Part shown: positions 41,151 to 55,099 of the stretch, piece after piece
How the letters are laid out: each line of letters opens with the position of its first letter
Position numbering within the stretch: the stretch's first letter is position 1
Assembly (NCBI GenBank): GCA_965285935.1
Contig: OZ260664.1
Span: 52,576,001 to 52,640,000 of the forward strand
Reading direction: 5' to 3'
Length of the DNA: 64,000 nucleotides
DNA from: Ophelia neglecta
Taxonomy: Eukaryota
Notes under the pieces: model-generated
The model's input: only the letters and a program-made list of their open reading frames with translations
Told to the model about the DNA's origin: nothing
Database searches by the model: none
Position numbers and translations under genes: made by a program

Positions 41151-42779
41151 TTCAAACGCCTCATCTGAAAAACCTACCCGCATAATAATAAAAAATCATT
41201 ACAACATACATTATCAATGAACTCTTCCTATTTGATTACGAAGTGTTCGGTTTTAATTCTTATTTCTTGTTCATTGCATGTCGTGTCAACATACATCTTA
41301 AGAATAAATAAATATGTTGACTCAGCCTCACCTACCAAACATTCCCATATGGAGACGTTATTTCTCCTTTCTAGATTACTGTCTATTTTTATTAATGCCT
41401 AAGATGAAAAGGTAAGAGCAGATATATATAACACTTCTAATCAATGTCTAGAATATCAGGTGTCATTTCTACCGAGGATTCGTGCCTTTTCAATCAGGAT
41501 TCTGTTTTCTGATTCTCATAACAAAATAACCTTTTGATGAATATGTGCTCCGCGCCTGTGGGTTTAAGGTTTCGTTTTATTGTATATCTCACCTTCAGTC
41601 ACTTTACAAAAGAATGTGTTGCTTTGTAAAATAACTGATGATGAAAATTCCAAAATGCAGCTTGTTTTAATTCTTTTTTTATTAAGGTTGGGCCCAACGT
41701 CGTGTTAATTTTGCCACAGATTCATATAACATTATTCTATTTAGCATAAACATCAACAAAAGGCTCGCAGTGAAAGAAAATAGACCTACACCTAATATAT
41801 CGCTGGAACCCAACACAAAAGAGCCCAGGTGGTCTGTTCCTTAAAACACACGCTTCTTGTCCTGGTGCTCATACACGTTAGTGAACGTCTAACCTCGACA
41901 TGCATTCAAATCAACGCACATATTTCAAATAACACTTCAAATAGATTCAAAGCCATTTAATTTTCAAATGTCCTTCATGATGTAGTTTGATCAAGGGGAA
42001 TTTCAAACCCAAATCAATGGTAGCATTCAATCCAATCTGATATCTTAGGTTTTGTTTTTAAAGCTCACCGACCCAAGATTATCCAGCTAAATGTATTGCT
42101 TTTTGATATGCCTGATTAGCCGTGGGTAATTTGTCATCCTTGTGCTGTCAGAAGATTGCTTATTAAAGAGTCTGACGAGGTATATACAAACTGCTTGGAA
42201 ATAACTTATTCAATTCCCTTCAGTGTTAGGTCACATCATGCCGTCTAAGAAAATAGCAGTGAGTCATTACAATACGGGTAGTTTATTGTATTGTTATAGC
42301 ATTGAGTTTTAATTAATCTTTCCGCGGATTGTCCATTTCAGTTATGGGAATTGTCTGAAGTTTTGAATAGTCTTCATCAATGGATACTGTTATACTGGTA
42401 CAAATTTGGAGTTATGGGATACACTAAATGTAATTTCCCTTAAGATGAAACTAAATATACAGCTCCCCTATATAAATAGTGTTCCATAAATAAAAAGGAA
42501 AGTATTAACATGTGGATGTTTTGATATGACAGCTGTTATATTCTTGCAAATTGTTCACTGCTTCAAAAAAAATGCAGGGTAGAGAGTGGGATACAGTAAC
42601 TGTTAACAAGGATTCTTTGTCAAATATTAAAACTGTTTTCACATAATCCATGTCACGAGACAAACTTTTACTGTAATATGAAAGGCTAAAATTTATATTT
42701 TGCGGGTGAACCATATATGATCTGTTCATAGTGTTTTCTCATCATCGTCTTTGTTGAATTTAGTCTTCTAATTATATTG

Positions 42780-44400
42780 ATGGTACTTAAGCTATACATT
42801 TTGCTATTTGTTCTAGCTGCAATGAGGTAATCTGCAATAATTCTATTCCCATATTTTACATTGCTGAAAAAGGAAAAGACCAGCGAGTCGGTAATATATG
42901 ACTTCACAAGACACGCATTCAAATAAACACAAAATATGAATAACAATTACGGTTTAGACCAATTCATTTCATCTCTGAATATTAAGTATTATGTGGCTGT
43001 GGGCCAGATCAATAGAAACATTCATTCGATTTAAGAGCTAATTGCAAATATTTCATGCCAGCAATCCCAAGATGTTCCAGCCGAATAAATGGCTTTCTGA
43101 GATGGCTGATTACCCAAGGGTGATTAGTCTTCTTAGCAGAAACAGAAAACTGCGCATTAATAGTTAGGCGAGATCTGTACAAAAGACTTCCAAGATATCT
43201 CTATCATAGCCTTTGAACAATCACTAAGTCTGCCATTCCCATGGTAATAATTCTATCCTTTTATGTAAAATCCAAGTGGGCTTTCTTAGCTAATATCATT
43301 TGACCTTAAAAATTGGATCATGTAGTAACTTTGAACCACATACCGACGAACTTGTTTAGAGTGTTGATCGGGTATTATTATTCCTTTTTGGGGATTTAGT
43401 TCAACGCGAATTAAAAGTAAAAAGTTCGTCAGCTGGATAAAGAAATCGGAGGTGGATACTCGCAGACATGCGCAGAAAGCCATTTCCGAAAGTGATTTAT
43501 TTAGAAGGAACATATTGGGGACTCTTGGCCTCAAAATGAACTTTGGTTCTTTCAATGGAATGCTTCTAGTTATTTGGATCTCAAATTTAGTTTCATTACT
43601 TACGGCATACAAAACCAATTCATATATTTGAAATGTTTATCACGCTATTTTGCTTAAAATGATAACTGTAAAAGGAATATAGGTAATTCGTTGCTTTCTA
43701 TATGAATGGGTCCAGTCATAATTTGATAGCATTTACTAAGTCATATTTAAGTTTACCCTACGCAATGCTCAATTCTGGACTGGCTGCTAAATGCGAGTAC
43801 CCAAGTTCCTGGGCATTATTAATTGAATGCTTGGCTGTTAAACAAAAGGGAAACTATAATGTTTAAATCTATTATATATTCTTCGCTATGATTCTACATG
43901 CCCATGTGTCTGCACGTGTGCCCACAATCATTCTAAATATGCCCACATGTTTGACGAGTTTGGAAGCCACTGTTGCGTGAGTTGAGATTCGTTGATTCTA
44001 CAAATCAAATCAATCAGCATTTAGGCTTTTCAAAATTATTGCAACCTTGTCCGTTCCAATGTACTAGTCCATAGTATTTTATTTCTTCACATCTTCCTTT
44101 TTTCATCTATTACGGAGAAAAAACCCCTATTTGTACTTGTAGTTTATTTTCATACAATAATCAGACATTTTAGTCAAACGCTGCTGCACTTAAGAGGCAG
44201 TTTCGGCATCAAATTATCATATTGAATCAAATCATCTTAGCACGAAGTCTGAAGAATCAAAATATCATACTTTTCAACTACCATAAAGGAGCCAACGAAG
44301 ATTTTATAATGTCAAGAGCTAACTTGCCGTTCCTTTACTAGCTTTATTTTTAGAATCTTGCTCATACCCTGTATCAGTTTAGTCTAATCTACTTTTGATT
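42780..44400 (-). mobile_element. Highly eroded near-full-length Penelope-like ORF (RT plus GIY-YIG)
   Basis: Weak but colinear minus-strand motifs: NKASKG (cf. DKASNN), LAFSS..SIA*GKLKYDL (cf. YDFSTLYTTIPHDKLK), QITRSIPL...PRVPNMFL (cf. Q..GIPMG...P.LANLFL), YPADELFTFN (cf. YIDDLLSLN), FYIK.. (cf. LYDKRD), LLRRLITLG*..HLRKPF (cf. KKLL.QGY..LRKSF), LFECVSCEVIY (CxxC-Y of GIY-YIG). Confidence 0.5.
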
Positions 44401-45559
44401 GATCAATACGAATGCTTTGATAGACAATATTAACGTGTCCATTTGAGGTGGGATTTACCTTTCCTCGGATGCCCATAGGTTCTGCCAACTTCCCTCCAGC
44501 ATCACTCCGGACATTCGTTAATTGAATGGCCCTCTCTAGGGACTGGCCTTGGTATAAGTTCCAATTAATGGGAATTAATGTTTAGCTGCATGGGTAACAC
44601 TTTGGCACTTAAAAACCAAAATTGTCATATTAAGAAACGCATGTTTCCATGTCAAGGGCAGTAGGAAACACCTTTATTTTACCTAAATTAATAATTTGTG
44701 GATATGAACTCAAACTTAAAGCATTCATGGGTAGAAAATAAAGACGTAAAATATATTTACCATAAGCCCATGCCACGAAGACGTTACAAGCCGACCCTAA
44801 AAGAGAACCATCAGTAGATGATGTCAAAAAAATATGACTCATTGGGATTTTTTTCGAGTTTACTTTTGTATCGCCTGTTATTATAGCCTATCTTCCTCAT
44901 AAAAACTTTTGTGCTTCGTGTTTATGAAGCGGATCAAACAAAAGCAAAAATTTTTATTGGCGTCATTTCAAATTCGCCGCATACACTTTTTCTAAATTAC
45001 CTTGGTCGGAGGATCTATCGCCGTACTGATGTTCTTACAAAGCCTACACACTACTCAGGCTACAATTTACGATGTCGGACATGCTTGCTAAATTGTAACG
45101 TCGCTTGTCCGCTTTCATCAAACTGTAAGACTTCTGATTGCTTCGCGATTGCGGGCGGCCTGCCAAAATCTACATGCGCAAGGAGCGTTGCGCACTGGTC
45201 CAATTTTTTTATGTGTGATGAGTGACAGTGGCTTGGGGCAAAAGTGACACCAGGCGATGTGAGCAGGGTATCATGAGCATTACTCTTAATTAAATTTCGC
45301 TAGGCCAACACAGACATTAAGTGTTCAGATTCCTCCAGGTTCTGACCACAAACGAAACATTGCATTCAGCGTTACATGCGACTTGTTTAATTCCATGGAA
45401 CCTTGTTACCGAATAGAATGCACTTAATAATAGAAACAGCGCGTTTGTTGTTGTTTACAACGATAATGATCAGATGATCTTTGCTTCATGTTCTGAATCA
45501 TTGGCTTTCTAATTATTATTCAAACATATCTATATCTATTTATTAGGTTTCCCAACCTT

Positions 45560-45960
45560 AAATACAAATGTAAGCTATCTGGCTTATTGCAAACAAAACA
45601 AAATACACAGTTTTATGGTCATAAGAAATGGCAAATCTTGAAATTGGTAAGACCAAGTCACATACCAGACATTAAAAGGTTCAAACCAGTAATCGCCTTT
45701 GTGAAGCCAGTCGTGGCCGCAACAGGAAATGGTTCATTCTTGTTTTATAAGGAATTCTCTGAGAACAGAGGACAAAGGGAAACCAGACAAATCTAATAAT
45801 CAGATTACTGTCCGGATGTCAAACTGGTATAAGGGGATCAGTGACCCAGTACCAGGCAAGGCAAGGGCATACATCTCGTCAAGCAAGTGTAGTTTTCCAT
45901 TTAGGTTGACCTTTGATAAAAGATAAACTGGTGTGACAGATGTCCAGCAAAAAGCCGCAC
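45560..45960 (-). mobile_element. Possible CR1-group RT N-terminal remnant
   Basis: Minus-strand SVTPVY, ENY, TGFTK..LNLL, TVYF...NKPDSLH in the order of A.VTP..K / NYRP / HGF.K..NLL / VYLDF.KAFD.V.H. Confidence 0.35.
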
Positions 45961-48478
45961 GGCGGGCCGCCAGTAAAATATAACAAATACAAAATATGTT
46001 CGGTTAATGAGACAGTTACACCACATGACCTTGTGACGATGAATATTACAATGATTCCTTGCTTTAGATTGTGGTTATTTTCCTTAATGGGGATTGATCT
46101 TCAGAGACAGACTCTTGCTGAGCAGAGAGGTTTTGTTGGGGATGTGTCATAATGTATGCTGCATTTAAAAGTATGACCTTAAGGTGTTGTGCGTCTGCTG
46201 AACAAATAAACGGTCACAACTAGAAACAAATGATGTTATTCGATAATTAACTTCTTTTTGAAGCGATTTAAGTGTTTGAATATCGATTTGTTTCCTGCTG
46301 CCGGGTATTCATTCCCGCTTCTATTTACCTTTATGTTTTTCAAAGTATTGTGGATCTTTCAACATCGAAAGCTTGAAATACCAGCTAAAACAAATCAAAT
46401 AATTGTGTTATGCTTGAAGGTGTTACCGGTCATTACTTTCATTTTGAACTGATAACAAATCAACTTCAATCTCCATTTTTGTCGGTGACAAGTGCCTGAA
46501 TTCATTTCATTGTGTATTATGGGGACGCCAGACTTTTGTTACTCAAAATCTTTCCTTGTTTTCCTAAAACTAAAAATAAAGGCGATTATAGAGACTTACT
46601 GGCTGGATTGGCCTATAATACTAGTTTGGAGATGCGAGCAATGAAGGGATGGGGAATGAAACTCACTATCGATGTTTTACTTGCAAATGTGCGCAGCTGA
46701 AAGCCCAATCTGTTATTGTTACATTAATTTCTGACACTAAGCATGACTTGTTTAGTAAATGTCAGGACATGATACATGCTCAGTAAAAATTAATGATTCA
46801 TGTCTTGATGGCAAACCACGTCTCGGATACTAAAATAATTAAATGGTACTACAAACCATATACATTCATTCTTGCTAGCCTATCCTAATATTACTAACGC
46901 AATATATTATATTTATTAACCTGCTAGCAAGCGAGTAACAGTAACAAACTAAGTTGTAAAATCGAGAATGAAATACTGACAAACATACCAAAATACATTA
47001 GCAATGAATAAAACAAAGGTGCTGAACAACTGTAGGAAAACATCCTTGTCCTTTGTCCCTCGGCCAAGTGGTATTTCAGGCTTTTTCGACTTAATACGGA
47101 CCAATATTGGATTAGGATTGAGCCATGTTTGTGGAAAGTTAAATTGGATTGTGCGCATCCCTTAATATCGTACACGTGATTATACTATGGGGCGACACGT
47201 ATTGGATCTCTTGGGAGGTGGAAATCAGAGCAGGCCGCTGGCATTTTACTGAATGTGTTGTGTCTGAGCCTTTTATCAACCAAAACTTGTTGGAGTTCCA
47301 TCATCTTTAACAACACGCCTGCTTCTTGGTCAATGGGTGAACCCTGTTGGTATTAAACACTGTATTGATTACATGCCGTGGTCGAGGGATGATGATTCTA
47401 CTCCGGGGCCGTGTGGGTGCCGGGGAGGATTTCGTATTTCGGCCATAGTACGAGAGGGCCGGAACAAGGGTCGTTTATAAAGGCAAATGTCCTTAAGCCA
47501 AGGGTCAATTTTTATCCAACATGCATGAAAATGCAAGAAACGGAATATATCTTGAAATGACTGTGATCCGGACGACAATAAATCTGGTGTATAAACCGTG
47601 CTCGTTGTCGAATATAAACATAACAGGTTTGGTGTGTGTGTGCAAGTTTCAAACTTCCGCTAGTAATGGTCGTTCATATTTGATCTATAAGCATTCATAT
47701 AGTATCAGATATAAGGGCATAAAATGTGCAGTGTATCGACTCAACATATTATCAATTAAAAAACTTGTCCTAGATGTCTTATTTTGGTTTTTCGTGTTCC
47801 GCCATTATCCATTTTATCAGAGATGTATATACCCAGAGATTGGAATTGGGCCCTCCTTATACATTGCGCCAATATTAATCGGTTACCCGCACACTAGCTC
47901 ACGCTGTACGCGGGATTATGTGCGCGAATTTACGATGGCCACCATTGTGTTCACATCGAGGAAGCCCAGCTTCCATGTTCATTCATAAAGAAATCATATT
48001 TGGTCGTGATTTAAGTAGCCAACTTTTCCATATAAAAGACCCCATAACTTAATGTCATATCAAATGAAATACATAAATGGTTATTATCATGTGTTTGTTT
48101 TCCTGCTTTTTGGTAGAGGCGGCTAATCAGTCGAGTTGTGTAAATTCAATGGCAGATGAGGAATGCCATTTTCTTCCTTTTTCATAATGATCCTATCATC
48201 TTACACTTCAATCTGCCAAAGTTCACTCCTTCATCGTTTCATATCTATGTTGCAATAACAAATTGCAGCTTTCGCTTTTTATAGACTCTGATACTGTTCT
48301 GAAAAGAATTGTTTTCAAACGATCATTTTACTGAAGAAAAAACGGTTAAATTGAAGAACGGCTAGACTTTTGCCCTAAAATACACACTGGGCGTTTATTC
48401 ATATAAAATCATTTACTTATTTATTTGCTTGTTTTGTCCCAGTAATTCAGAGTAGGAACACATTTCCAGCATTCACAG

Positions 48479-48566
48479 GGAGGGGACAGGAGTGAGAGGG
48501 GGGAACAGGAGTGAGATGGAGGGGACAGGAGTTAGGGGGCAGAGTGAGATGGAGGGAGGCCAGGAG
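48479..48566 (+). repeat. Purine-rich degenerate minisatellite (~19-20-bp unit GGAGGGGACAGGAGTGAGAT, 4-5 copies)
   Basis: Repeated ACAGGAGTGAGA and GGAGGGG blocks read directly. Confidence 0.85.
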
Positions 48567-48624
48567 AAGCATTTCAAGTGCTTCCTACATCATTCATAAT
48601 CATGCTACACGTACATATACAGAC

Positions 48625-48673
48625 ACCCCACCCCCATTCTCCCCACTACCACTACCCACCACCACCACCACCC
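48625..48673 (+). repeat. C-rich simple repeat, CCCCA/(CCA)n
   Basis: CCCCACCCCCATTCTCCCCACTACCACTACCCACCACCACCACCACCC. Confidence 0.8.
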
Positions 48674-49255
48674 AATAACTTCACTTAATCATTAATAAGC
48701 GACCTGCGTCTTTGCAATACGAGCCTTATCGCCTCCGCAGTTTCTACCCAAGAATATTTTAAAGGCTTCAAAGTGGCGTATAAAATCATTTCCAACACCA
48801 CTGGCGACATATTAAATTTCTTTTGTTCCTCAGTCAGTTGTTCACTAAAGAGCGAAGTATGATGTATAGATTGTAACACGCCACACATTTTACACTATAT
48901 TTCATCTACTGCACAACGTTCATCTACAATCTGATCCCTAACTTCCTTACCATCAGATAACTTGTTTGGATATTTCCTGACCAGTAATCACCGCTCAATA
49001 ATTTGAACACGTACTATTATTTGTCTGTATTCGTCGAGCTAGTTATACAGAAAGCAACTACATGTAACTCAACAAAGCGCCATAAATTAACTTTCCTAGT
49101 TATTATTGTCAAATGTGTTCGTCCATTGCAGCTTACTAGGTAAATGGTCAGACTATAACATAACCTGTATAAAATTAGCCGTAGTATATTCCATACAATG
49201 TTAAATCCCATAATCATATTTATTTACATGTACTTAGCTATGCAACAAGATGTAA

Positions 49256-49612
49256 GGGACGCACCATTAGAAATTTGGTGGGGGGGGGGGGCGACAAAAT
49301 ATTTTCTAGTGAAACAAAAAAAATTCTAGCTTTGGACAAACAAACAATTTATTTTTTCCTATCTGGGAAGCAAACAATTTTTTTTTCTAACAAATCTCTG
49401 TCAAATATTTTTTCCCTAGCCTTGATCAAACTTTAAAATAAAGGCAGTGTTCGCGTTCATAGTTAGCAGGAGCCTAAAATATCAGACAAACAATTTATTT
49501 TTTCCAGAGTCAGAAACAAACAATTTTTTTTATCCATAACCAGAAACAAACAATTTTTTTTTTAATTTTTCGCCCCCCCCCCCCCCCCCCCAGTTATTGA
49601 ATGGTCCGTCCC
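49256..49612. mobile_element. Intact MITE with G-run TIRs, TAA target-site duplication and 30-bp internal repeats (PIF/Harbinger-type signature)
   Basis: Left GGGACGCACCATT..(G)n CGACAAAAT; right end reverse-complements to GGGACGGACCATT..(G)n CGAAAAAT (12/13 terminal match). TAA at 49253-49255 and 49613-49615. AAACAA(TTT) motif at 49312/49342/49372 and 49488/49518/49548. Confidence 0.9.
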
Positions 49613-52600
49613 TAAACAGTTATGAAAAACATATGCAAAAAAATGTAGCGCCATAGTTTGCCTGGTTATGAATATATCTATGGTATAATAAAATAGCTAA
49701 ATTATATATCGCATAGGATAACTGAAAGGGGTTTTCGAATTCCAAGGTTAGCCGAAAGCAGCTTAACAGGGAGTTGGGTGTCACCCTTAATTGAAATATA
49801 GTTTCCTGAATACTGTATAATGGATGAAAGTCGTGGCGCAGCTGTTCTTTGGACTAAATCTTTAGAAATGAAGAAGACATGAGACAGTGCGGTCTTCCTC
49901 ATGGTGCCTGGTGTCTTGAACTCCCCCAAGGCTCTGGCACACATGCCAAATACTTAGTTTTGATCAGGTGCGGGTCATGTGCATATGACATTACCTGTAT
50001 TACCCGTCCCCTCAATTCACAAACCAATTTGTTTGGGGTATTGGGAGCACATAGGGCGGTCCCGCGAGTTGCATGAGGGGGTTTTTGGAATATAAATAGG
50101 CCTACCGAGTGTGTAAGAAAATGACGGAATGAAGATAAAGATAACAACAGCCCCATTTGGACAAGAATGATGTCAATTGTTCTTTTACACACAGGTCAAG
50201 CACTCAACCCGCAATACAACAAATCATTGCACTGTAAAAAAAAAACCCATTGTCGACATGTGACGTATTTTCTCTCATTAAAACCTGAACTGACAGGCTC
50301 CCGACAGTAACATTTGCCCATGTGCCGGTTATTTCATTTTAAATGATATACATAACTCAGACTCTTATTTTCAATACTTTGCTATTCGATGGGATCAATT
50401 TACAACGTCATTGCTATAAGAAGAACCCTCCGATATTGTTTTCGGCTGCTCATACCTACAAATCTCGGTCAGTGCCCACACCCCCACCCCCGGGGCGTGG
50501 CATTCACACAACCGTGGCCTTTTTTCTGGTCATCGTCTCATAGTTCATGGGTGATTGGTTCAAAACTTGAAAGCGTACATAGCGCATAAATAGTTCCCTA
50601 GGATGAAAAAAAAAGTGTTTTGTACATATCTTAATCATAATAGCACAACTATATTCTTGCTTTATAATAGTATTCACTAAGAAATGCACGAGTCTTCAGC
50701 GAGAGAGTTTAATATTGGACATCAACCCTCAAGTCTTACCATCTTTTGCCTGCCATTTGTATATTTATACATTTTTCCATACAGCCTCCGCAGTAAGCTT
50801 ATATTTGTATAATATCATAATTCGCTGTTATAAATATGTTTATATATAATGCTGCAATATTTCACGTGAGTTGGGCGAACTAAAAGAAAAAGGAAATAGA
50901 AAGTTTGCTGTGATGATTCTTGATAATTTAGGATTATGAAATTGCTGGAAGGGAGTATTGCTTTTCATGGAAATTTGCTAATGTTCCTAGTTTGGCGTGC
51001 TCCGAGTGCCGGTAAATACTGTTGCGTGGCTGTTGTGGGGCAGCTTGGCAGCTATTGCTTGGAAGGAAATTAATTGCTCTCCTAATCTAGAATAATATGT
51101 TTGTCGAAAAATGCCAGTAGCCTTGCCTTGTCTCATGTCTAAGCCCACAAAATGTTGACATGGTTGCACGTCCGCCGAGCGAGACCTTATCCATTCCGTT
51201 GACGAGTTGGTCAATAGGGCTGTCGGTGCTGCAGCTACCTTCTTTGTATTTGAAAGCAAATTGCCCGTTTGCAGTAAGGAATTAACCAAACTCGCCAAAT
51301 TTCAAAACTACATATCGGAATTTCGTTATCAAATGATTCTTATTGGTGTCTAGACAAATATTTTCGCGCGGTGTTCCTTTCGTGCGTCGATTTCAACTTA
51401 AGTTTGTAATCTGACAGAAAAAAATGGAATCATAAAGTGCTGTGCTATACGGTCAAAATAAAAACACATCAAAACACATGACTTGTAGGCCAATTATTAT
51501 TTCAGTTTCCATAATGTTCCCTATGATTCAAAAACACATGTTTTACAAAGTATTCTACTTTAAGCCACCTGACTGTTGTCTCTTTATTAAATAGTCTTGG
51601 GTTACTAATAGTCGTCCTTCATTTGTGTTTTTAAATATAAGGTTTAAAGCAAAGCATCATTTTTCGAACAGAAAGTCTCTGTAAAGGAGTGGCTTTAACC
51701 AAGTTCTTCCACTAACATTATCTAGGAAGGGGAAGGATATATTTCAGCAGTAATGTGTGTCAATTTTGCCTGGATCAATAATGCTGGAGGGAGAGCCGCG
51801 TCGACAGGTCTTTTGTGGCGCCCATGATTAAGCTGCCAGGAACCGGCTTTATTTTACATTCGCGTCGCTCCTCTGAGTATGATAACAACAGCTGTAATGA
51901 AATAAACGCAACCCCAACAGTGAATTGCCTACACAGTAAATTGGGCTTGGGGCAAATTTACCAAACATTACTGTGATTGACTGTGTGTATCAGGCTTTGG
52001 CTGTAGAGATAATCATTAGTATCGTCACGATTCTGCAGGCGTTCAATATTTTGAAAGTAATTTGCATGAATAAAAATGGCTTTTAAACATGTACAGGCAT
52101 ATATTCTATTGGTACTTGGAAAGAATTGACATAGGACAGACACACATCATACTCATACATTGTACACAAATAATCTTTCGACTTCATTATAGTGTACCAT
52201 GGCGTTAAGCACTGGCCAATGAATATGACGAAGTTGTATATCTTGTGATGAGATGTCAAGTAGCTTTAAACGTAGACTCTACGGTAATACGGATTATTTT
52301 CATATGTTCTGTCATTTTGGGCCGGAGTATAGGTTACGTTGGCCGATCAAAATCATATATGGGTGAAAGTTCTCAAACAAACCTATAGTTTAATACGGCC
52401 CTTGTGCGGGGTTTCAGTTCCCCAGCGAGGCAGGAAAGAACAATTTGCGAGGAAGTAAATGCCTTTTTCTTCTCAACTTAAAATATTTTCTGGTAGAAAA
52501 ACTCATTTCTGTGACAACTATATATTAGAAACAAACCCAAGTGCTGAGTCTAATGTACAGAAAAAACTCTCGTTTCCATGGAATCATATGAAATATTCAA

Positions 52601-52704
52601 CAGGCCTATAGGGCAATACAGTCTTAGGTGGACTATATATTGCAATTTATACTATTGTAATCATATACCTGCATTACTGGCATGTTTCCCAGTAAAAGGC
52701 TTCG

Positions 52705-52756
52705 CTACTCCGTCATACTCCTCCGTCAGTCTCCTCCATCATGCTCGTCCGTCACA
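52705..52756 (+). repeat. 13-bp minisatellite, 4 copies (consensus CTCCTCCGTCAnn)
   Basis: CTACTCCGTCATA / CTCCTCCGTCAGT / CTCCTCCATCATG / CTCGTCCGTCACA. Confidence 0.85.
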
Positions 52757-55099
52757 CTCATTGCTCCAGTCCTTAATGTCATAGTTTAGAAATTTGCGAG
52801 ACAGGTACCTCAGAGAATTCCGAAGAGAAAATCTGCCCTTTATGGCCTATGACCATCGATCATGCGAGCAACATCATTTGAAAGAGCAACCAGACGGCCA
52901 AAAATATAACATTGCCACTCAGCTTCTATGAATGTAAACAACCTGTAGTTTTCATAGATCATGCCATTCCTGTTGGTGTTTCCTGCAAGTTTGCTTCTTT
53001 GTAATTCAGCGCTCAAATCATCACACAGCTAGGTGGACGCATCCTCAAATTACATCATTTGTCTTGTGTGTGCACTAGATATTTTCTCTATAATTTCATG
53101 CGATATTTTTTTTATTTTCTCCTTTTTGTTAGCATTCATTGCCCCAGAACATTACCTCGCAAATCCCACTTTGTGTAAAATAGAAAGGTAGTTCTTATAC
53201 TTTATGCATAGGTTTACCCAAAAATTGGCAGGAGAAACGTTTTGGTTGAATGCTAGCAGATGATTACTTGCACCAAATGTTACATTGAGCGACACTGACA
53301 ATGGGTGCTGGGGTACGTGAAGCCTCTTATAAGGACATGTTCTATCCGTTTGTTTTAATAGGTTTTAGTTAAGACTGAATTTTAAAGTTTAGGTGGTCCA
53401 CCCTTTCTTTGGTTGGCAGGCGATTGCTGTGCACAAAACGCAAATCCGCGTCTCCATCCTGATGATATGGTTACCATCTGTGCCGTTTGTGGAGCGCTGA
53501 GGAAGGCTGCCGGCAGGAGCGGCACTTTCCACTCAGCAGCATTTGGAGGAAAAGAACGTTGTCGCGGCTAGGCCTGTCCTACACAAAATTCATCTCGTGA
53601 CCACCGCCCAATTGGCGGTCAGTTAAAGGTCGTTTTAGGGGACAGCATATTATCGTCTTGTCGTCGGTTCAACTAGCGCTGCTGTGTGAACTGCTCCTCA
53701 TATTCCCATGGAGGGTAATTGCTATTTGGTGCAATTTGCTAATCTGTGTTCCCTGGCTGCACAAGCGTAAGGATTCGTAAACTTCTAGGCCTATGCTTTA
53801 AACCCCGACGCTAAATAGGTCCGAGTTTTGCCAGAATTACAATAATTGTCGCCATTGTCAATGTAGCGAGGGTTACTCGTCCTTTTGTCCAAGGCACCGA
53901 CTGAATCAATCGTCCCATGAAAGTAGCTGGCTGTTTACTCCTGGCCAGAATGGAATAGCAGAGAATAAATATTGACTCTCTGTCCACATAATTTGCTGTT
54001 GGACTTGGTTACAGTGTCACTTATCACTCTTGAGAATCTGATTTGTGATGGTAAGTTTAAACATTTTTATCGTCTGCTCACCAGTCTTTACTTATTGGGC
54101 AACTAACCTTATGGAGCTATAGGCGCGCAGAAACAAGCACTTATAATTATGTTATTCTGTGACAACAAAAATAGCTAATGTGTTTCGCCAAGTAAAAAAG
54201 CTAAGATTTTTTTCATATTTTGAAAGATAATACAACTTACCTAGCATGCTTAAACTTATTTTTAAAAAAGCGCTTAAAGCATGGAATTCATAATTTTTGT
54301 ATATCAATTTTCCTAACAGGGATTTGACTATAAATGTATGTAAAATAATTTCGCCCTTTTAACTAGTTTGGAATAGCAATGAACGTATAGTCCTAACGAT
54401 GCTCGAATGTCTATATTGTTTTTCTTCTGCACACTGGGGAAACTGATAAGAGTTATATAATATCAGACAAACATACGGGATACGAATCACATACACTGGT
54501 GACATACGAGTAAAGTTTGGGGTACGGGTATGGGTTACAGATTAAAAAATCCACCTTTACAGGTTTTTACCGTAAAACTACCCCGGCCTAGTTAGAGTAC
54601 TACTACCGTCAATTTTATTCGCGTACCCTTATGTAGGAGTACTAAAAACTTTCAAAAGCCTTTCTGTCACATGTGCCAATAAACCCTCGGAAGAGGGAGC
54701 CATGGATATTCCAATTAAAGCTACCGACCTTGAACGACCTTGGCCACCTGCACTCGGCCAAGTCCAGAAAACAAATATGGCGCCCATTATAATGCAGACA
54801 TGCAAATGCTTTGGCCAGGAAGTTCGAGAATATCAAGGAAGTTGAAAAATAAAAGGTGTATTATTTTATATAGGAAAATGTGCATTAAGTTTGTGCTTAA
54901 AGCAGAAAAGGAGAAAAACAAACATCACGTGCACAGACGTTTGAACACCAAGGAAGGATGAATTTTCATGATTTGCCTGCAAAGAAAAGTGTAAGAATAA
55001 CTTTGACTGAGTACGAAGCCTCCGACAAAGTCGTACGTTTGGCCCGGATGCCATGCCACGGCACTGAAGAAACAGACACGATACCAACACATTGGATTA

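Noticed and set aside
47190-47360. SINE-like segment (TGTGTTGTGTC...AATGGGT)
   Set aside because: No recognisable Pol III A/B boxes or tail; resemblance is only partial.
49300-49560. Regularly spaced repeats as a CRISPR-like array
   Set aside because: Low-complexity A/T units inside a TIR/TSD-bounded MITE, eukaryotic context, no cas genes.
53250-53550. Possible Tx1 ORF1 zinc-knuckle remnant (TICAVCG)
   Set aside because: His and the last Cys are missing; a single CxxC is not diagnostic.
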